A DNA stretch of 63,481 nucleotides, the filler included. It is 6 parts of 6 records of this genome, joined end to end, with 100 filler letters (N's around TTAATTAATTAA, not from the genome) between each part and the next. Parts side by side here need not be neighbours in the genome. Positions count along the whole stretch, not along the records: positions 40,567 to 63,481 come from SRR31156797_36957; 5 more parts are not named here. One strand, written 5' to 3'. The position numbers and the translations under genes are program-made. Positions 40,467 to 50,647 of this stretch are shown piece after piece. The notes beneath the pieces were generated by a model that saw nothing but the letters and a program-made list of their open reading frames with translations, searched no databases and was not told the DNA's origin. Every line of letters begins with the position of its first letter. Positions within the stretch are counted from its first letter, which is position 1.

Positions 40467-40566
40467 NNNNNNNNNNNNNNNNNNNNNNNNNNNNNNNNNN
40501 NNNNNNNNNNTTAATTAATTAANNNNNNNNNNNNNNNNNNNNNNNNNNNNNNNNNNNNNNNNNNNN
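40467..40566. other. Artificial contig spacer
   Basis: N-run with TTAATTAATTAA. Confidence 0.97.
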
Positions 40567-40577
40567 CCGCCGGAGGC

Positions 40578-40610
40578 AAAAAAAACGGGGTCCGTAGACC
40601 CCGTTTTTTT
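40578..40610 (-). terminator. Intrinsic terminator
   Basis: aaaaaaaacggggtc/gaccccgttttttt. Confidence 0.8.
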
Positions 40611-42189
40611 ATATGTCGTTTCTGCGTTTCGACTTTGATTTTGACTGCGAATATTTCTTCACGTCGATGTTGTACTTCTTCACCTTGTAGTTGACGATTC
40701 GGTACGAGACGCGGAGATCGCGGGCAGACTGCAACATGTTGCCGCCGGTCTGCTTGAGCGAATCAATGAGCAGTTCCTGCTCGAACTTGGCAACGGCCTC
40801 ACCAAAGGAGAGGTTGGTGCCGGTAGCCGAGCTTTCCGCCGACTGGAGAGTGGGCGGCAGGTGGTAAGTACGGATAACCTGTTCTTCGCAGAGCAGGACC
40901 GCACGTTCCATGCAGTTCTTGAGTTCGCGTACGTTTCCTGGCCAGTGATACATGACAAGAAGTTCAATAGCCGGAGTAGAGATACGCTTCACTTCTTTGC
41001 TGTACTCCTCGGTGAAATCGGCCAGAAAATGCTCTGCCAATGGCAGGATGTCCTCGCGTCGTTCCTTGAGGGGCGGAATGAAGATGGGGAATACGTTGAT
41101 GCGGTAGTACAGATCTTCACGGAAGAGGCCCTTTTCCAACAACTCTTCGAGCGGCTGGTGGGTGGCGCAGATGAGGCGCACGTCAACTGTGATGGTCTGT
41201 TCCGATCCGACACGCTGGATTTCTTTTTCCTGAATGGCGCGAAGGACTTTGGCCTGCGCGTCCATGGAAAGTTCGCCGATTTCGTCGAGGAACAAGGTTC
41301 CCTGATCAGCGACTTCAAAGAGACCTCGTTTGGTCTGGAATGCCCCGGTGAACGCACCTTTCTGGTGGCCGAACAGCTCGGACTCAATGAGTTCCGAGGG
41401 CAGGGCCGCGCAGTTGAGCTTGATCAACGGCTTGTCAGCGCGAGGGCTGGCCTTGTGGATGGCATCGGCCAGCAATTCCTTGCCTGTACCGGATTCGCCG
41501 CGCAAGAGAGCGGTCGCCCGACTGGGAGCGACCTGACTTGATTGGCGAAGGACCATGCGCATGGCCTTTGATGCGGCTACGAAATCCTTGGGCGGTGCTG
41601 TGTCCAGCCCGCTGTTCATCATGCCTTGCGAAAGCATGTGATTCTGGGTGGCCATCTCTTCCTGCAATTGGGCAACGTGGCCCGCGATGATGCCCGCGAC
41701 AACTTCCAGAAACTGGCAGTGTGCGGCCATATCGTCGGCGGGAATAAGGGGGACATCCACGGATAATGCGCCGATGACCTCGGAATGATCGGAATGTCGG
41801 TTAAGAACCGGCACGCAGATGAAACCGAGCTTCTTGAGTTCTTCTTCGCTGCGTCCGAAAGCCTTGTTCAGGAACTCGGAATCGTCGGACAGGCGATGAA
41901 TGGTGATGGATTCACCGGAATCGAACACCCGGCCGATAATACCTCGGCCGGGGGAATAAGTAACGTCCTCAACCTGGGTGGGACTGTACGTGAGCGAGAG
42001 TTTAAGATTCTCGGTCTTGGGGTCCATGATGACCATGAACGCCCGTACGTATTCCATGTCCCGGGCCAGAATTTTCAGGAGCGCGTTTAAAGACTCCTCA
42101 AGCGGGATATCCCGCTTCAGCGATTTCTGGACCAGTTTAAGCGTGGTCAGATGGCTGAGGTCGGAGGTGTCTCGATTGGTGGATGTCAT
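40609..42189 (-). CDS. Sigma54-dependent activator, NifA-like (GAF-AAA+-HTH)
   Basis: GESGTGKE, GAFTGA, LFLDEIGEL, WPGNVREL. Confidence 0.93.
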   Translation of the reverse strand: MTSTNRDTSDLSHLTTLKLVQKSLKRDIPLEESLNALLKILARDMEYVRAFMVIMDPKTENLKLSLTYSPTQVEDVTYSPGRGIIGRVFDSGESITIHRLSDDSEFLNKAFGRSEEELKKLGFICVPVLNRHSDHSEVIGALSVDVPLIPADDMAAHCQFLEVVAGIIAGHVAQLQEEMATQNHMLSQGMMNSGLDTAPPKDFVAASKAMRMVLRQSSQVAPSRATALLRGESGTGKELLADAIHKASPRADKPLIKLNCAALPSELIESELFGHQKGAFTGAFQTKRGLFEVADQGTLFLDEIGELSMDAQAKVLRAIQEKEIQRVGSEQTITVDVRLICATHQPLEELLEKGLFREDLYYRINVFPIFIPPLKERREDILPLAEHFLADFTEEYSKEVKRISTPAIELLVMYHWPGNVRELKNCMERAVLLCEEQVIRTYHLPPTLQSAESSATGTNLSFGEAVAKFEQELLIDSLKQTGGNMLQSARDLRVSYRIVNYKVKKYNIDVKKYSQSKSKSKRRNDI

Positions 42190-42200
42190 TGTTTCCTTTT

Positions 42201-42797
42201 CTAGGCGTTAAGAGTCTTAACACCAAGCTCCAGTGCTTTGAGGTTCACGGCCTGAATTTTGGCAGGGAGGTTCGCCTTGATGGCGGCTTCCAGCGCTTCG
42301 GGGCCGAAGGGCAGTTTGCCTGCCGCGCACAGAGCGCCGAGCATGGCAACGTTGCCGGATTGGACGGCACCGGCTTCGAGGCCGATGGTCTGGTTTGCCA
42401 TGTAGTATGCATGGTCAGTGCAGGCGGCGACCGCTTTCTTGATGTCGTCAATAACCGGACATTCCTGTTTACCCATGGCTACTGCCAGAGGCGGAATGAA
42501 TTCGTTGGATGAAACAACAAGTCCACCCTTTTTCAGATAGGGCAGAGCACGCATGGTTTCCATAGGTTCAAATCCGAGCAGGATATCGGCTTCGCCATGC
42601 CCAAGTTTGGGCGACTTGCAACCGATAAGTACTGTAGATTCAACCACGCCACCGCGCTGGGCCATACCGTGAATCTCGCCGGAAGTAACGGGCAATCCCT
42701 GGCTGAGCACGGTCTGAGCGAGCAGTGTGGTGGCGGTCAGGGTTCCCTGTCCGCCCACGCCGGTCATGAATATGCGAATTTTCTTGGTATCGGTCAT
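42201..42797 (-). CDS. iorB: Indolepyruvate:ferredoxin oxidoreductase beta subunit
   Basis: GVGGQG, EIHGMAQRGGVV. Confidence 0.92.
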   Translation of the reverse strand: MTDTKKIRIFMTGVGGQGTLTATTLLAQTVLSQGLPVTSGEIHGMAQRGGVVESTVLIGCKSPKLGHGEADILLGFEPMETMRALPYLKKGGLVVSSNEFIPPLAVAMGKQECPVIDDIKKAVAACTDHAYYMANQTIGLEAGAVQSGNVAMLGALCAAGKLPFGPEALEAAIKANLPAKIQAVNLKALELGVKTLNA

Positions 42798-42798
42798 G

Positions 42799-44634
42799 TT
42801 AGCTGCCTCTCTTCTTGGCTTTGATATGTCCGCAGACCTGCAGGCAGAGCATACAGCCGTTGCACAGCATCGGGTTGACTGCGGCCTTGCCGCCTTCCTT
42901 GTACATGGCAGGGCAGGCAAGTTTGTCCAGACAGTCGAATCGACCGGTGCAGGATTCGGCGACGTAAGCCACCTGCGGGGCGACTTTCTTGTAGACTCTG
43001 CGAGTGAAGAGGGGACATGGCTCTTTCGCGATAAGCACGCGTACGCCGGACAGTTCCTTTAATTCTTCAAAGGCAGCCAGAGTCTTTTTCTGGTTGAACG
43101 GATTAACCGTGCGCACTTCGGTAACGCCCAGTCCGCGTACAGCGGACTCGATGTCCAGCGGATGGTCGTTTTCACCGAGAACCGTGCGATCAACACCGGG
43201 GTTCGGTTGATGACCGGTCATGGCAGTGGTGCGGTTATCCAGAACAACCAAGAGAATGTCGTGCTGGTTGAAGACCGCATTGGCAACGCCGCTCAGGCCG
43301 GAATGGAAGAACGTGGAATCGCCGATGAAAGCGACCACGGTCTGACCGGATGCTTTGGAAACGCCGCCGCCTGCGGAGATGGAAGATCCCATGCAAACGA
43401 GGAAGTCTGCCGCCTGAAGCGGGGGCAGGATGCCGAGCGTGTAACATCCGATGTCGGAAGAGTAGACGGCATCATCGCCGAAAACTTTTTTGGCTGCGAA
43501 GTATGTGCCGCGATGCGGGCAACCAGCACAAAGGTTCGGCGGACGACCCGGCAGTTCGGGGAGGTCACAGTCGCAGGCTTCAACCGGTGCTTCGCCGAGA
43601 ATTGTACGAATGACATTTTCCACCATGGTGACGGAAAATTCACCGAATCGAGGCAGTACATCTTTGCCGAGGATTTCGATGGATACTTCGTTTTGCTGGG
43701 CCAGAACGCGGAATTCGTTTTCCACGACCGGTTCCAACTCTTCGACCACCAGAATCTTTTTCACGGACTTGATGAAGTCCAGACATTTTTTCTCGGGTAG
43801 AGGATAGGGGAAACCGAGCTGGAGGACGGAAACCTTGTCGGCAAGGCCTGCATTGTCCAGAGCGTCGGCAACGTATGCGCTGGAAATACCAGAGCAGACA
43901 ATACCCAATTCGCCGGAGCCGGTTACTGTGTTATATACGGAGTTTTCGGCTTCTTCACGTAGAGCCTCAATGCGGTCCAACAGGGCCAGATGCATGGGGC
44001 GGGAAAATGCCGGGATGGGAACGAATTTGGATGGGTTACGTTTAAACCCTTCAGCCTTGCCCGGATCGGGAGCGGGACCGAATTCAACCGAGCCGCGGAG
44101 GTGGTTGACGCGGGTCGTGGTCCGAAGCAGGAGCGGTGCGCCGTGCTTTTTGGACAGACGCAGGCCGTCGCGAGTCATGTCTTTGGCTTCCTGAGCCGTG
44201 GAAGGCTCGAGAATGGGCATGCCGGCAATGCGTGCGTAAATGCGGTTGTCCTGTTCGTTCTGGCTGGAGTGACAGCCCGGATCGTCAGCGGAAAGCAGAA
44301 CCATGCCACCGGGAGCGCCGGTGTAGCAGAGCGTCATGAGCGGGTCAGCCGCCACGTTCACGCCAACGTGCTTCATGGTGCACAGGGTCATGGCCCCGGC
44401 CAGAGTCGCGCCACCGGCGACCTCAAGGGCCACCTTTTCGTTGACGGAGTACTCAAAATAGTATTTGCCGTCCGGGGAAATGCGATAGAATGTATCGGGA
44501 ACTTCCGAGGACGGAGTGCCTGGGTAGCAGGAAACCACCTGAATGCCAGCTTCAATGGCACCACGGACAATGGCTTCGTTACCAAGCAGCAGGTGGGTTT
44601 CACCGGGAGTGTCGCCCAAGAGCGGATTTGCCAT
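42799..44634 (-). CDS. iorA: Indolepyruvate:ferredoxin oxidoreductase alpha subunit
   Basis: LLGNEAI, YPGTPSSE, MKHVGVNVAADP, LCAGCPHR, GDSTFFHSG, C-terminal Fe-S motif. Confidence 0.95.
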   Translation of the reverse strand: MANPLLGDTPGETHLLLGNEAIVRGAIEAGIQVVSCYPGTPSSEVPDTFYRISPDGKYYFEYSVNEKVALEVAGGATLAGAMTLCTMKHVGVNVAADPLMTLCYTGAPGGMVLLSADDPGCHSSQNEQDNRIYARIAGMPILEPSTAQEAKDMTRDGLRLSKKHGAPLLLRTTTRVNHLRGSVEFGPAPDPGKAEGFKRNPSKFVPIPAFSRPMHLALLDRIEALREEAENSVYNTVTGSGELGIVCSGISSAYVADALDNAGLADKVSVLQLGFPYPLPEKKCLDFIKSVKKILVVEELEPVVENEFRVLAQQNEVSIEILGKDVLPRFGEFSVTMVENVIRTILGEAPVEACDCDLPELPGRPPNLCAGCPHRGTYFAAKKVFGDDAVYSSDIGCYTLGILPPLQAADFLVCMGSSISAGGGVSKASGQTVVAFIGDSTFFHSGLSGVANAVFNQHDILLVVLDNRTTAMTGHQPNPGVDRTVLGENDHPLDIESAVRGLGVTEVRTVNPFNQKKTLAAFEELKELSGVRVLIAKEPCPLFTRRVYKKVAPQVAYVAESCTGRFDCLDKLACPAMYKEGGKAAVNPMLCNGCMLCLQVCGHIKAKKRGS

Positions 44635-44666
44635 ATTACCTCTCCATATATGCGCTGTATGCGCGG

Positions 44667-45320
44667 TTACTTGGATTCAAGCTGGGAAATTTTGTAGTCG
44701 ATGAACGGTTTGTCAGCGACGTCTTTTTCAGCAAGCTTTTTGTATGCGGCCAGAGCTTCAACAGTATCACCGGCGGTTTCGGCTGCCAGAGCGAGCTGGC
44801 GATAGACGGGCACGGTGTATGCGTCGGAAGCAATGCCGACCAGTTCTTTCATTTCGGTCAGGGCGTCAGCACCTTTTCCTTCGAGAAGGAGGGCTTTGGC
44901 CTTGCCCATGCGGGCGGTAAATTGCATGTCTTCATTGGTTTCGCCAATCAGCATGCCCCAGTACGTCACGGCTTTGGAATATTCGCCAAAAGTCATGCTG
45001 GCCTGAGCAATTTCCAGAACAACAGCGGGCTTCACGGAAGCGGGAACAGTGTTGAGCAGAGTTTCCAGTTTTTCAATCTGGTCTTTGTTCCGGGTTTCTA
45101 CAAGAATAACGCCGAGTTCGGCCTGTGCTGTTGCTTTGGCCTTGGTGGCATAAGCATTGTAGCCCGCATAGATTGCGGTCACGCCAATGATGACGCTGAC
45201 AGCGAGGATGAGCTGTTTTTGATACTTGAATGCGGCTTCGAGGATGGGGTGCATGGACTGCGGTGCCCGGGACTCGATGTCGGTAAGCACGTCCTGTTGT
45301 GTGGTCTTGTTGTCAGCCAT
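44667..45320 (-). CDS. TPR-like membrane-anchored protein (YfgM-like)
   Basis: GGAG RBS; a single TM followed by helical repeats. Confidence 0.7.
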   Translation of the reverse strand: MADNKTTQQDVLTDIESRAPQSMHPILEAAFKYQKQLILAVSVIIGVTAIYAGYNAYATKAKATAQAELGVILVETRNKDQIEKLETLLNTVPASVKPAVVLEIAQASMTFGEYSKAVTYWGMLIGETNEDMQFTARMGKAKALLLEGKGADALTEMKELVGIASDAYTVPVYRQLALAAETAGDTVEALAAYKKLAEKDVADKPFIDYKISQLESK

Positions 45321-45654
45321 TGTTTTTTTGTTCCTCCATGAAGGGAATTTGCTTGCGCGAAGGCCGGGAAGCTAGGCCCGACAACGCAAAGGGCTTGATA
45401 AGCAAAATTGTAAAAAAGGTCAAAGCCTATTTTGAAATCAGGGCTGAAAATCGGATAAATTGCCGTTTTTAGAGGGTGGTTTGCGATGCAAAATGACAAA
45501 AAGAGTAAAATTGACAGTGCTCGGAGGTCAAAAGTGTTCAGGGTGTTGCCATTGTCGGGTTTGACTTTATCCCATGGTGAGGGTTAGCAAAAAAGATCCG
45601 GCGAAGAAGAATTTTATTCGGCGACGATTTAGAACGTAATTTCAAGGAGCATAT

Positions 45655-46914
45655 ATGGACATTCGTGAACAAATGGTGGAAATGGGCAAGCGGGCTAAAG
45701 TGGCATCTCGGGGACTGGCAAATGCCTCCGGTAAGGCCAAACAGGACGCTTTGTTGATTTTGGCTGACCTGTTGCAGTCCGAGGCCGAAGCCATAGCCGT
45801 TGCCAACAAGAAGGACCTTGATGCCGCCGTCGAAAGAGGACTGGACAAGGCCCGTGTACAGCGTTTGACCATCAGTGAGAAGGTGCTTAATTCCATGATT
45901 CAGGGCTGCCGAGAGGTGGCTGCCATGGCTGATCCCGTGGGTGAAATCGAGTCCATGATCAAGCGCCCCAACGGTATGTTGGTTGGACGTATGCGTGTCC
46001 CTCTCGGTGTGGTCGCCATGATTTACGAATCCCGTCCCAATGCGACTGTGGATGCCGGTATTCTTTGCCTCAAGGCAGGGAACGCTGTCATACTGCGCGG
46101 TGGGTCCGAGGCGTTTCATTCCAATAAATTTTTGGCTGATCTCATGCATACTGCCTTGGAGCAGGCCGGCCTGCCTCAGGATGCGGTGCAGGTGCCGCCT
46201 ACCACGGACCGTGAAGCCGTGGCCGAGATGCTCAAGCTTGATGAATATATTGATGTGGTTATTCCGCGCGGTGGAGAAGGTCTCATTCGTGCCGTGACCA
46301 GTCAGGCCACCATGCCTGTTCTCAAACATTACAAGGGTGTGTGCCAGATGTTTGCGGACGCTTCCTGCGATATTAACAAGGCAGTGCCTATCATTGAGAA
46401 TTCCAAAATGCAGTACCCCAGCGGGTGTAATGCGTTGGAATGCCTGCTTGTTCATAAGGATGTGGCTGATGTCTTGTTGCCCAAGGTTGCTCAGACCATC
46501 GGCCCTAATGGTGTGAAGTTCAAGGCATGTGAAAAGTCTTTGCCTCTTTTGGGTGAGTTTGCCGAACCCGCCGTTGATACTGATTGGGGTTTCGAGTTTC
46601 TTGATTTGATTTTGGCTGTAAAGGTCGTGGATGATCTGGATGAGGCCATGGACTATATCGCGGAATATGGTTCCAATCATACCGAATCAATTTTGTCAGA
46701 GAACTATGAACACTGCATGCGTTTCATTCGTGAAGTGGACGCCTCGTTGGTCGTGGCCAATGCAAGTACTCGATTCAATGACGGTGGTCAGCTTGGCCTT
46801 GGTGCCGAGATCGGTATTTCTACCTCCAAGCTTCATGCGTATGGCCCAATGGGTATCAAGGAGCTCACCAGTGCGAAGTTCGTGCTCATGGGCGAAGGGC
46901 AGATTCGCGAATAA
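45655..46914 (+). CDS. proA: Gamma-glutamyl phosphate reductase
   Basis: VPLGVVAMIYESRPN, CNALE, NASTRFNDG, EIGISTSKLHAYGPMG. Confidence 0.96.
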   Translation: MDIREQMVEMGKRAKVASRGLANASGKAKQDALLILADLLQSEAEAIAVANKKDLDAAVERGLDKARVQRLTISEKVLNSMIQGCREVAAMADPVGEIESMIKRPNGMLVGRMRVPLGVVAMIYESRPNATVDAGILCLKAGNAVILRGGSEAFHSNKFLADLMHTALEQAGLPQDAVQVPPTTDREAVAEMLKLDEYIDVVIPRGGEGLIRAVTSQATMPVLKHYKGVCQMFADASCDINKAVPIIENSKMQYPSGCNALECLLVHKDVADVLLPKVAQTIGPNGVKFKACEKSLPLLGEFAEPAVDTDWGFEFLDLILAVKVVDDLDEAMDYIAEYGSNHTESILSENYEHCMRFIREVDASLVVANASTRFNDGGQLGLGAEIGISTSKLHAYGPMGIKELTSAKFVLMGEGQIRE

Positions 46915-46940
46915 GTCTTTTTTTGAAGATGATTAATTCA

Positions 46941-46969
46941 AGGCCGTCCTTTATCAGGGCGGCCTTTTT
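46941..46969 (+). terminator. Intrinsic terminator after proA
   Basis: aaggccgtcct/agggcggcctt stem plus T-tract. Confidence 0.7.
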
Positions 46970-47109
46970 GCTTGGAAGGAGGAGTTGGAGTATGTACGTA
47001 TGTGTTGATATAGTGGAAATGTGCTTTTTGTGGATGAACACGTGTACTATGTCACTCTTGCATCTTGATCTGAACCCGTTTATCCTTGCGTGAATCAAGG
47101 AGATTGTCT

Positions 47110-47766
47110 GTGAAAATTGGTATTCTCGGCGGAAGTTTCAATCCGATTCATACTGGGCATGTTCGTATGGCTATAGAAGTCCGCGAACAGCTTGAGTTGG
47201 ACCGTGTGGATTTGGTTCCGGCCAAGGAGCCGCCGCATAAGAATGGCGCAGATATGCTCCCTTTCACAATGCGCCTCGACATGGTCGACAGGGCTATCGG
47301 CGATATTCCCGGTTTGGGGACCAACCCCATTGAGGGCAGTCGGCCGGGGCCTTCCTTCACCTGCGATACATTGACCTGCTATCGTTCAGAACAGCCGGAA
47401 ACCGAATTCCATTTTATTCTTGGTGCGTCCACTTTTTTGGAACTGCCGGACTGGCGACGAGGATTGGATATTCCTAAGATGGCCTCCTTGGTGGTGGTCA
47501 ACCGTTGGGAGGCTGCTGGAGAGGTGACTGGGTTCATCAATACCCATTGGCCCAATGCTGTGCAGGAAAATCCCGGTTTGTGGCAATTCCCTGAAGGCCA
47601 TTCCATCCGACTTTTAGGTATTCCTCGGTTGGACATTAAGGGAGGACACCTTCGTCGATGTTGGTTGGAACGACGGTGCTTGAGCTTACTTGTCCCTTCG
47701 GGAGTGGAGGCATTGCTGGAAGAACGGGCGGATGAAGTCGAGCAGTATTGGGGCATTCGTTCGTAA
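47110..47766 (+). CDS. nadD: Nicotinate-nucleotide adenylyltransferase
   Basis: GILGGSFNPIHTGH, PPHK, FILGA; follows proA. Confidence 0.88.
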   Translation: MKIGILGGSFNPIHTGHVRMAIEVREQLELDRVDLVPAKEPPHKNGADMLPFTMRLDMVDRAIGDIPGLGTNPIEGSRPGPSFTCDTLTCYRSEQPETEFHFILGASTFLELPDWRRGLDIPKMASLVVVNRWEAAGEVTGFINTHWPNAVQENPGLWQFPEGHSIRLLGIPRLDIKGGHLRRCWLERRCLSLLVPSGVEALLEERADEVEQYWGIRS

Positions 47767-47840
47767 TAAAAAGGCTACACACGCTGTTTTTTTGGGGATT
47801 ATGGGTATGCCATGTACGAAGGCGAAGCCGAAAATTGTGT

Positions 47841-48860
47841 TTAATGGCTATCGTTGAGCATGGCGTGAATATTTTGCATGACACTTTCCGGTGTTGTGCT
47901 GGCCATACATTCAAATCCGAAAGGGCAGGGTTTGGCACCATGCAGAGAGCATGGTCGGCAGTCGAGCGGCTGTTCGATGACTCGGTCTTTGAGACCTGCC
48001 GGATAGAATCCCCAAGCACGTGCTGTGGGGCCGAAGATAGCGGCTACGGGGGTGTCTACTCCACACGCTAGATGCATGGGGCCGGAGTCTCCTGTCACGA
48101 GTATTTGAGCTTGGGCGAGCAGTGCGCTGGTTTCCCGCAGATCTGTCTGATTTGTCAGATCGTGTTTATTCTCGGCCAGAATTTTTTTAGTGTTTCGGCC
48201 AATGACGAACCATCCCAGATTATTTGCATCTAACAATTCCATAAGCCTTAACCAGTGCTCTTTGGGCCACTGTTTTGCAGGGTGTGTGGCATAGGGGTGC
48301 AGACCGATGAGCGGACCGGATAGCCCGACAGTATCAAGACGAGCAGATGCGGCGGTGCGTTCTTCGTCAGTCAAATAAATGCGTGGAACCAGATCGTGCG
48401 CCGTGGGCGGTGTGCTGTCGAGGGCCATGCTGTATCGTTGCGGGACTGTGGTTTTTTCAAGCTGCACTCGGAAACGTTCAGCGCGTGTGCGATCATAGAG
48501 CCGTCGGGTCAAGCCGAATTTTGGATAGCGAATGACAGGGCCTTTCCATCGAGCGGAAAGAATGCGTGAACGCAGGGTACCGTGCAGGTCTATGAGGGGC
48601 TGTCCTTTGAAATAGCTGGACAGTTCGCCTGCGACAGTGAACCATGGTCCGGTCTTGAGTTGGTCATTGGAGAATTCAATAATTTCTTTGACGGCGGGAT
48701 GATTCTCCAGCAAGGGAGCGTTTCCTTGACGGGTCAGGAAAATAAAGGAATCCCCACGCGTCTCATGCCAATGTGACAAGACGCCAGTGGTGAGTGCCAC
48801 ATCGCCCATGTGGCCGAGGCGGAAAACAAGTTTCAGTGTGGTGTCGGAAGACGATTGCAT
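47841..48860 (-). CDS. Glycosyltransferase family 9 (heptosyltransferase-like)
   Basis: RLGHMGDV, DLHG, GDSGPMHLA, IFGPT, CRPCSLHG. Confidence 0.9.
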   Translation of the reverse strand: MQSSSDTTLKLVFRLGHMGDVALTTGVLSHWHETRGDSFIFLTRQGNAPLLENHPAVKEIIEFSNDQLKTGPWFTVAGELSSYFKGQPLIDLHGTLRSRILSARWKGPVIRYPKFGLTRRLYDRTRAERFRVQLEKTTVPQRYSMALDSTPPTAHDLVPRIYLTDEERTAASARLDTVGLSGPLIGLHPYATHPAKQWPKEHWLRLMELLDANNLGWFVIGRNTKKILAENKHDLTNQTDLRETSALLAQAQILVTGDSGPMHLACGVDTPVAAIFGPTARAWGFYPAGLKDRVIEQPLDCRPCSLHGAKPCPFGFECMASTTPESVMQNIHAMLNDSH

Positions 48861-48992
48861 GTCCTTTCAGTTCGCCTCAATCGCCTTGGAAGTCAAGTGT
48901 GTTGCGTGTTGCACCACCTGAATCCATCTGTTATATTATACCTTTCAAACACTATTATTTTCGGACTGTTTTTTAGAAAGTGATCAAAAAAA

Positions 48993-50051
48993 ATGCTTGA
49001 ACTCGTACTCGCCGTTGGCGTGGCTGTCTTTGTCTCCATGTTCTGCTCAGTAGCAGAAGCCGCACTGTATTCCATGAGCTGGGCCGATATTGAAAAGCTC
49101 AAGGATAGTGGAAGCAAGTCGGCGGCATTGCTCCATAAGCTTCGTTCCAATGTGGACGAACCCATCACCGCTATTCTGACCCTGAACACCTGTGCGCATA
49201 CCGCCGGAGCCGCTGTGGCCGGTTGGGCGTGGGCTAATTTGTACGGCAAAGAGACGCTTTGGCTCTTTACAGTCGCCTTTACAGTAATTATTCTCATCTT
49301 CACGGAGATTCTGCCAAAGACGTTTGGCGTGGTGTATTCTGATAGTATTGCACCGCCGTTGGCTCGGCCTCTTCGTGGGTTGGTCTTGATATTCAAGCCT
49401 GTGATTTCGGTCATGAGTGTTTTGTCCAAGGTCATGCATAAGAAGAACGCTGGACCTGATCACACGGAAGACGATATCAGGGCAATTGTCAGCCTGACTC
49501 GTCGATCTGGAGTGATCAAGCCTTATGAGGAGCAGTCCATCCGCAATATTCTGTCGTTGGATTCCAAGACAGTTGAACGGATAATGACCCCTCGTACAGT
49601 GGTTTTTTCGTTACCGGCGGAGATGACTGTCGCCGAGGCTCGCGAGTCGCATCCAACGTGGCCGCACAGTCGTATACCGGTGTTTGATGATGACCCTGAG
49701 GAAATCGTGGGTGTTGTCTACCGGCGGTTGGTACTTGAGGCTTTGGCTGATGACAGGGATGATTTGAAATTGTCTGACATCATGCGTCCGGTCCGGTTCG
49801 TGCTTGAAACGGTCACTTTGGATAAACTGTTGGTACAGTTTTTGGGAAGCCGCATGCATTTGTGTGTGGTCCTTGACGAGTACGGTGGAGTGGCCGGTGT
49901 CGTGACGCTAGAAGATGTACTCGAAGAAATTTTGGGCAGTGAAATAGTTGACGAGACCGATCAGGTGGTGGATATGCGTGAACTCGCACGAATGCAGCGG
50001 GATGAACTTACCGGCAGTCGGTCCAAATCTACTGAGCAAAAGAAGAAATAA
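48993..50051 (+). CDS. CNNM/CBS domain (hemolysin-family, CorC-like) protein
   Basis: CSVAEAAL, EILPKT, IMTPR, HSRIPV, DEYGGVAGVVTLEDVLEEI. Confidence 0.92.
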   Translation: MLELVLAVGVAVFVSMFCSVAEAALYSMSWADIEKLKDSGSKSAALLHKLRSNVDEPITAILTLNTCAHTAGAAVAGWAWANLYGKETLWLFTVAFTVIILIFTEILPKTFGVVYSDSIAPPLARPLRGLVLIFKPVISVMSVLSKVMHKKNAGPDHTEDDIRAIVSLTRRSGVIKPYEEQSIRNILSLDSKTVERIMTPRTVVFSLPAEMTVAEARESHPTWPHSRIPVFDDDPEEIVGVVYRRLVLEALADDRDDLKLSDIMRPVRFVLETVTLDKLLVQFLGSRMHLCVVLDEYGGVAGVVTLEDVLEEILGSEIVDETDQVVDMRELARMQRDELTGSRSKSTEQKKK

Positions 50052-50078
50052 AGTCGCGATAACGCGCAAGGGATCATA

Positions 50079-50507
50079 ATGGCGAAAAGTTCCAACAAAG
50101 TCGTATACGGAGTTGCTTTGGCATTGTTTCTGGGAGGCCTCGGATATCTTATTTTTTCCGGGCTGACAGAAGATTCCGTTTACTTCCTTAATGTGTCCGA
50201 GGCCTTGGCTGAGGACCGGACACAGATTGGACAGGCACGTCTGTTTGGTAAGGTGTCACCCAAAAATCTGGAAATTGTGGATGGCAAACTCGGAGCCAGT
50301 TTTGACCTTATCGACAAGGTAGAGCATGCCAAGTCCCTGCGAGTCCGGTTCAAGGGTGCTTTGCCTGATACTTTCAAGGAAGATGTCGAAGTCATTGTCG
50401 AAGGGGCTTTTTCGCCTGACGGCGAAGTTTTTGTCGCACGAACATTGGTGACAAAATGTCCTTCAAAATATGAAGAACAAAGCAAACAAATGGAAAAAAG
50501 TAGTTAA
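50079..50507 (+). CDS. ccmE: Cytochrome c maturation heme chaperone (CxxxY variant)
   Basis: LPDTFKE, TKCPSKY. Confidence 0.92.
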   Translation: MAKSSNKVVYGVALALFLGGLGYLIFSGLTEDSVYFLNVSEALAEDRTQIGQARLFGKVSPKNLEIVDGKLGASFDLIDKVEHAKSLRVRFKGALPDTFKEDVEVIVEGAFSPDGEVFVARTLVTKCPSKYEEQSKQMEKSS

Positions 50508-50647
50508 CATGCCAGTTGGTGAAATCTTTTTCACATGGTTGCTCCGTTTGTTTTATCCTACTATCGCCGTGTGACTTTGGTCATGAATTCGCGAATTCGG
50601 GCATGTGTGCCCGGGAATTCGCATGTTGATATTGTAAGGAGAGTTTC

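Noticed and set aside
5568-40566. Recurrent TTAATTAATTAA motif within N-runs as a biological repeat, and any gene linkage across these gaps
   Set aside because: Five identical 100-nt spacers with stops in all frames are concatenation artefacts. The flanks differ in GC content and taxon signal, so neighbours across spacers are unrelated.
40567-40577. ccgccggaggc at the start of contig 6
   Set aside because: It resembles the end of a common Desulfovibrionaceae intergenic palindromic repeat, but only 11 nt are visible, which is too little to annotate.
40609-42189. Nitrogen-fixation regulator implying a nif locus
   Set aside because: No nif genes are nearby. As I recall, a NifA-like activator downstream of iorAB is a normal Desulfovibrio arrangement.
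50079-50507. CcmE lacking the HxxxY heme ligand
   Set aside because: The CxxxY variant is the known System I* form in Desulfovibrio and archaea.
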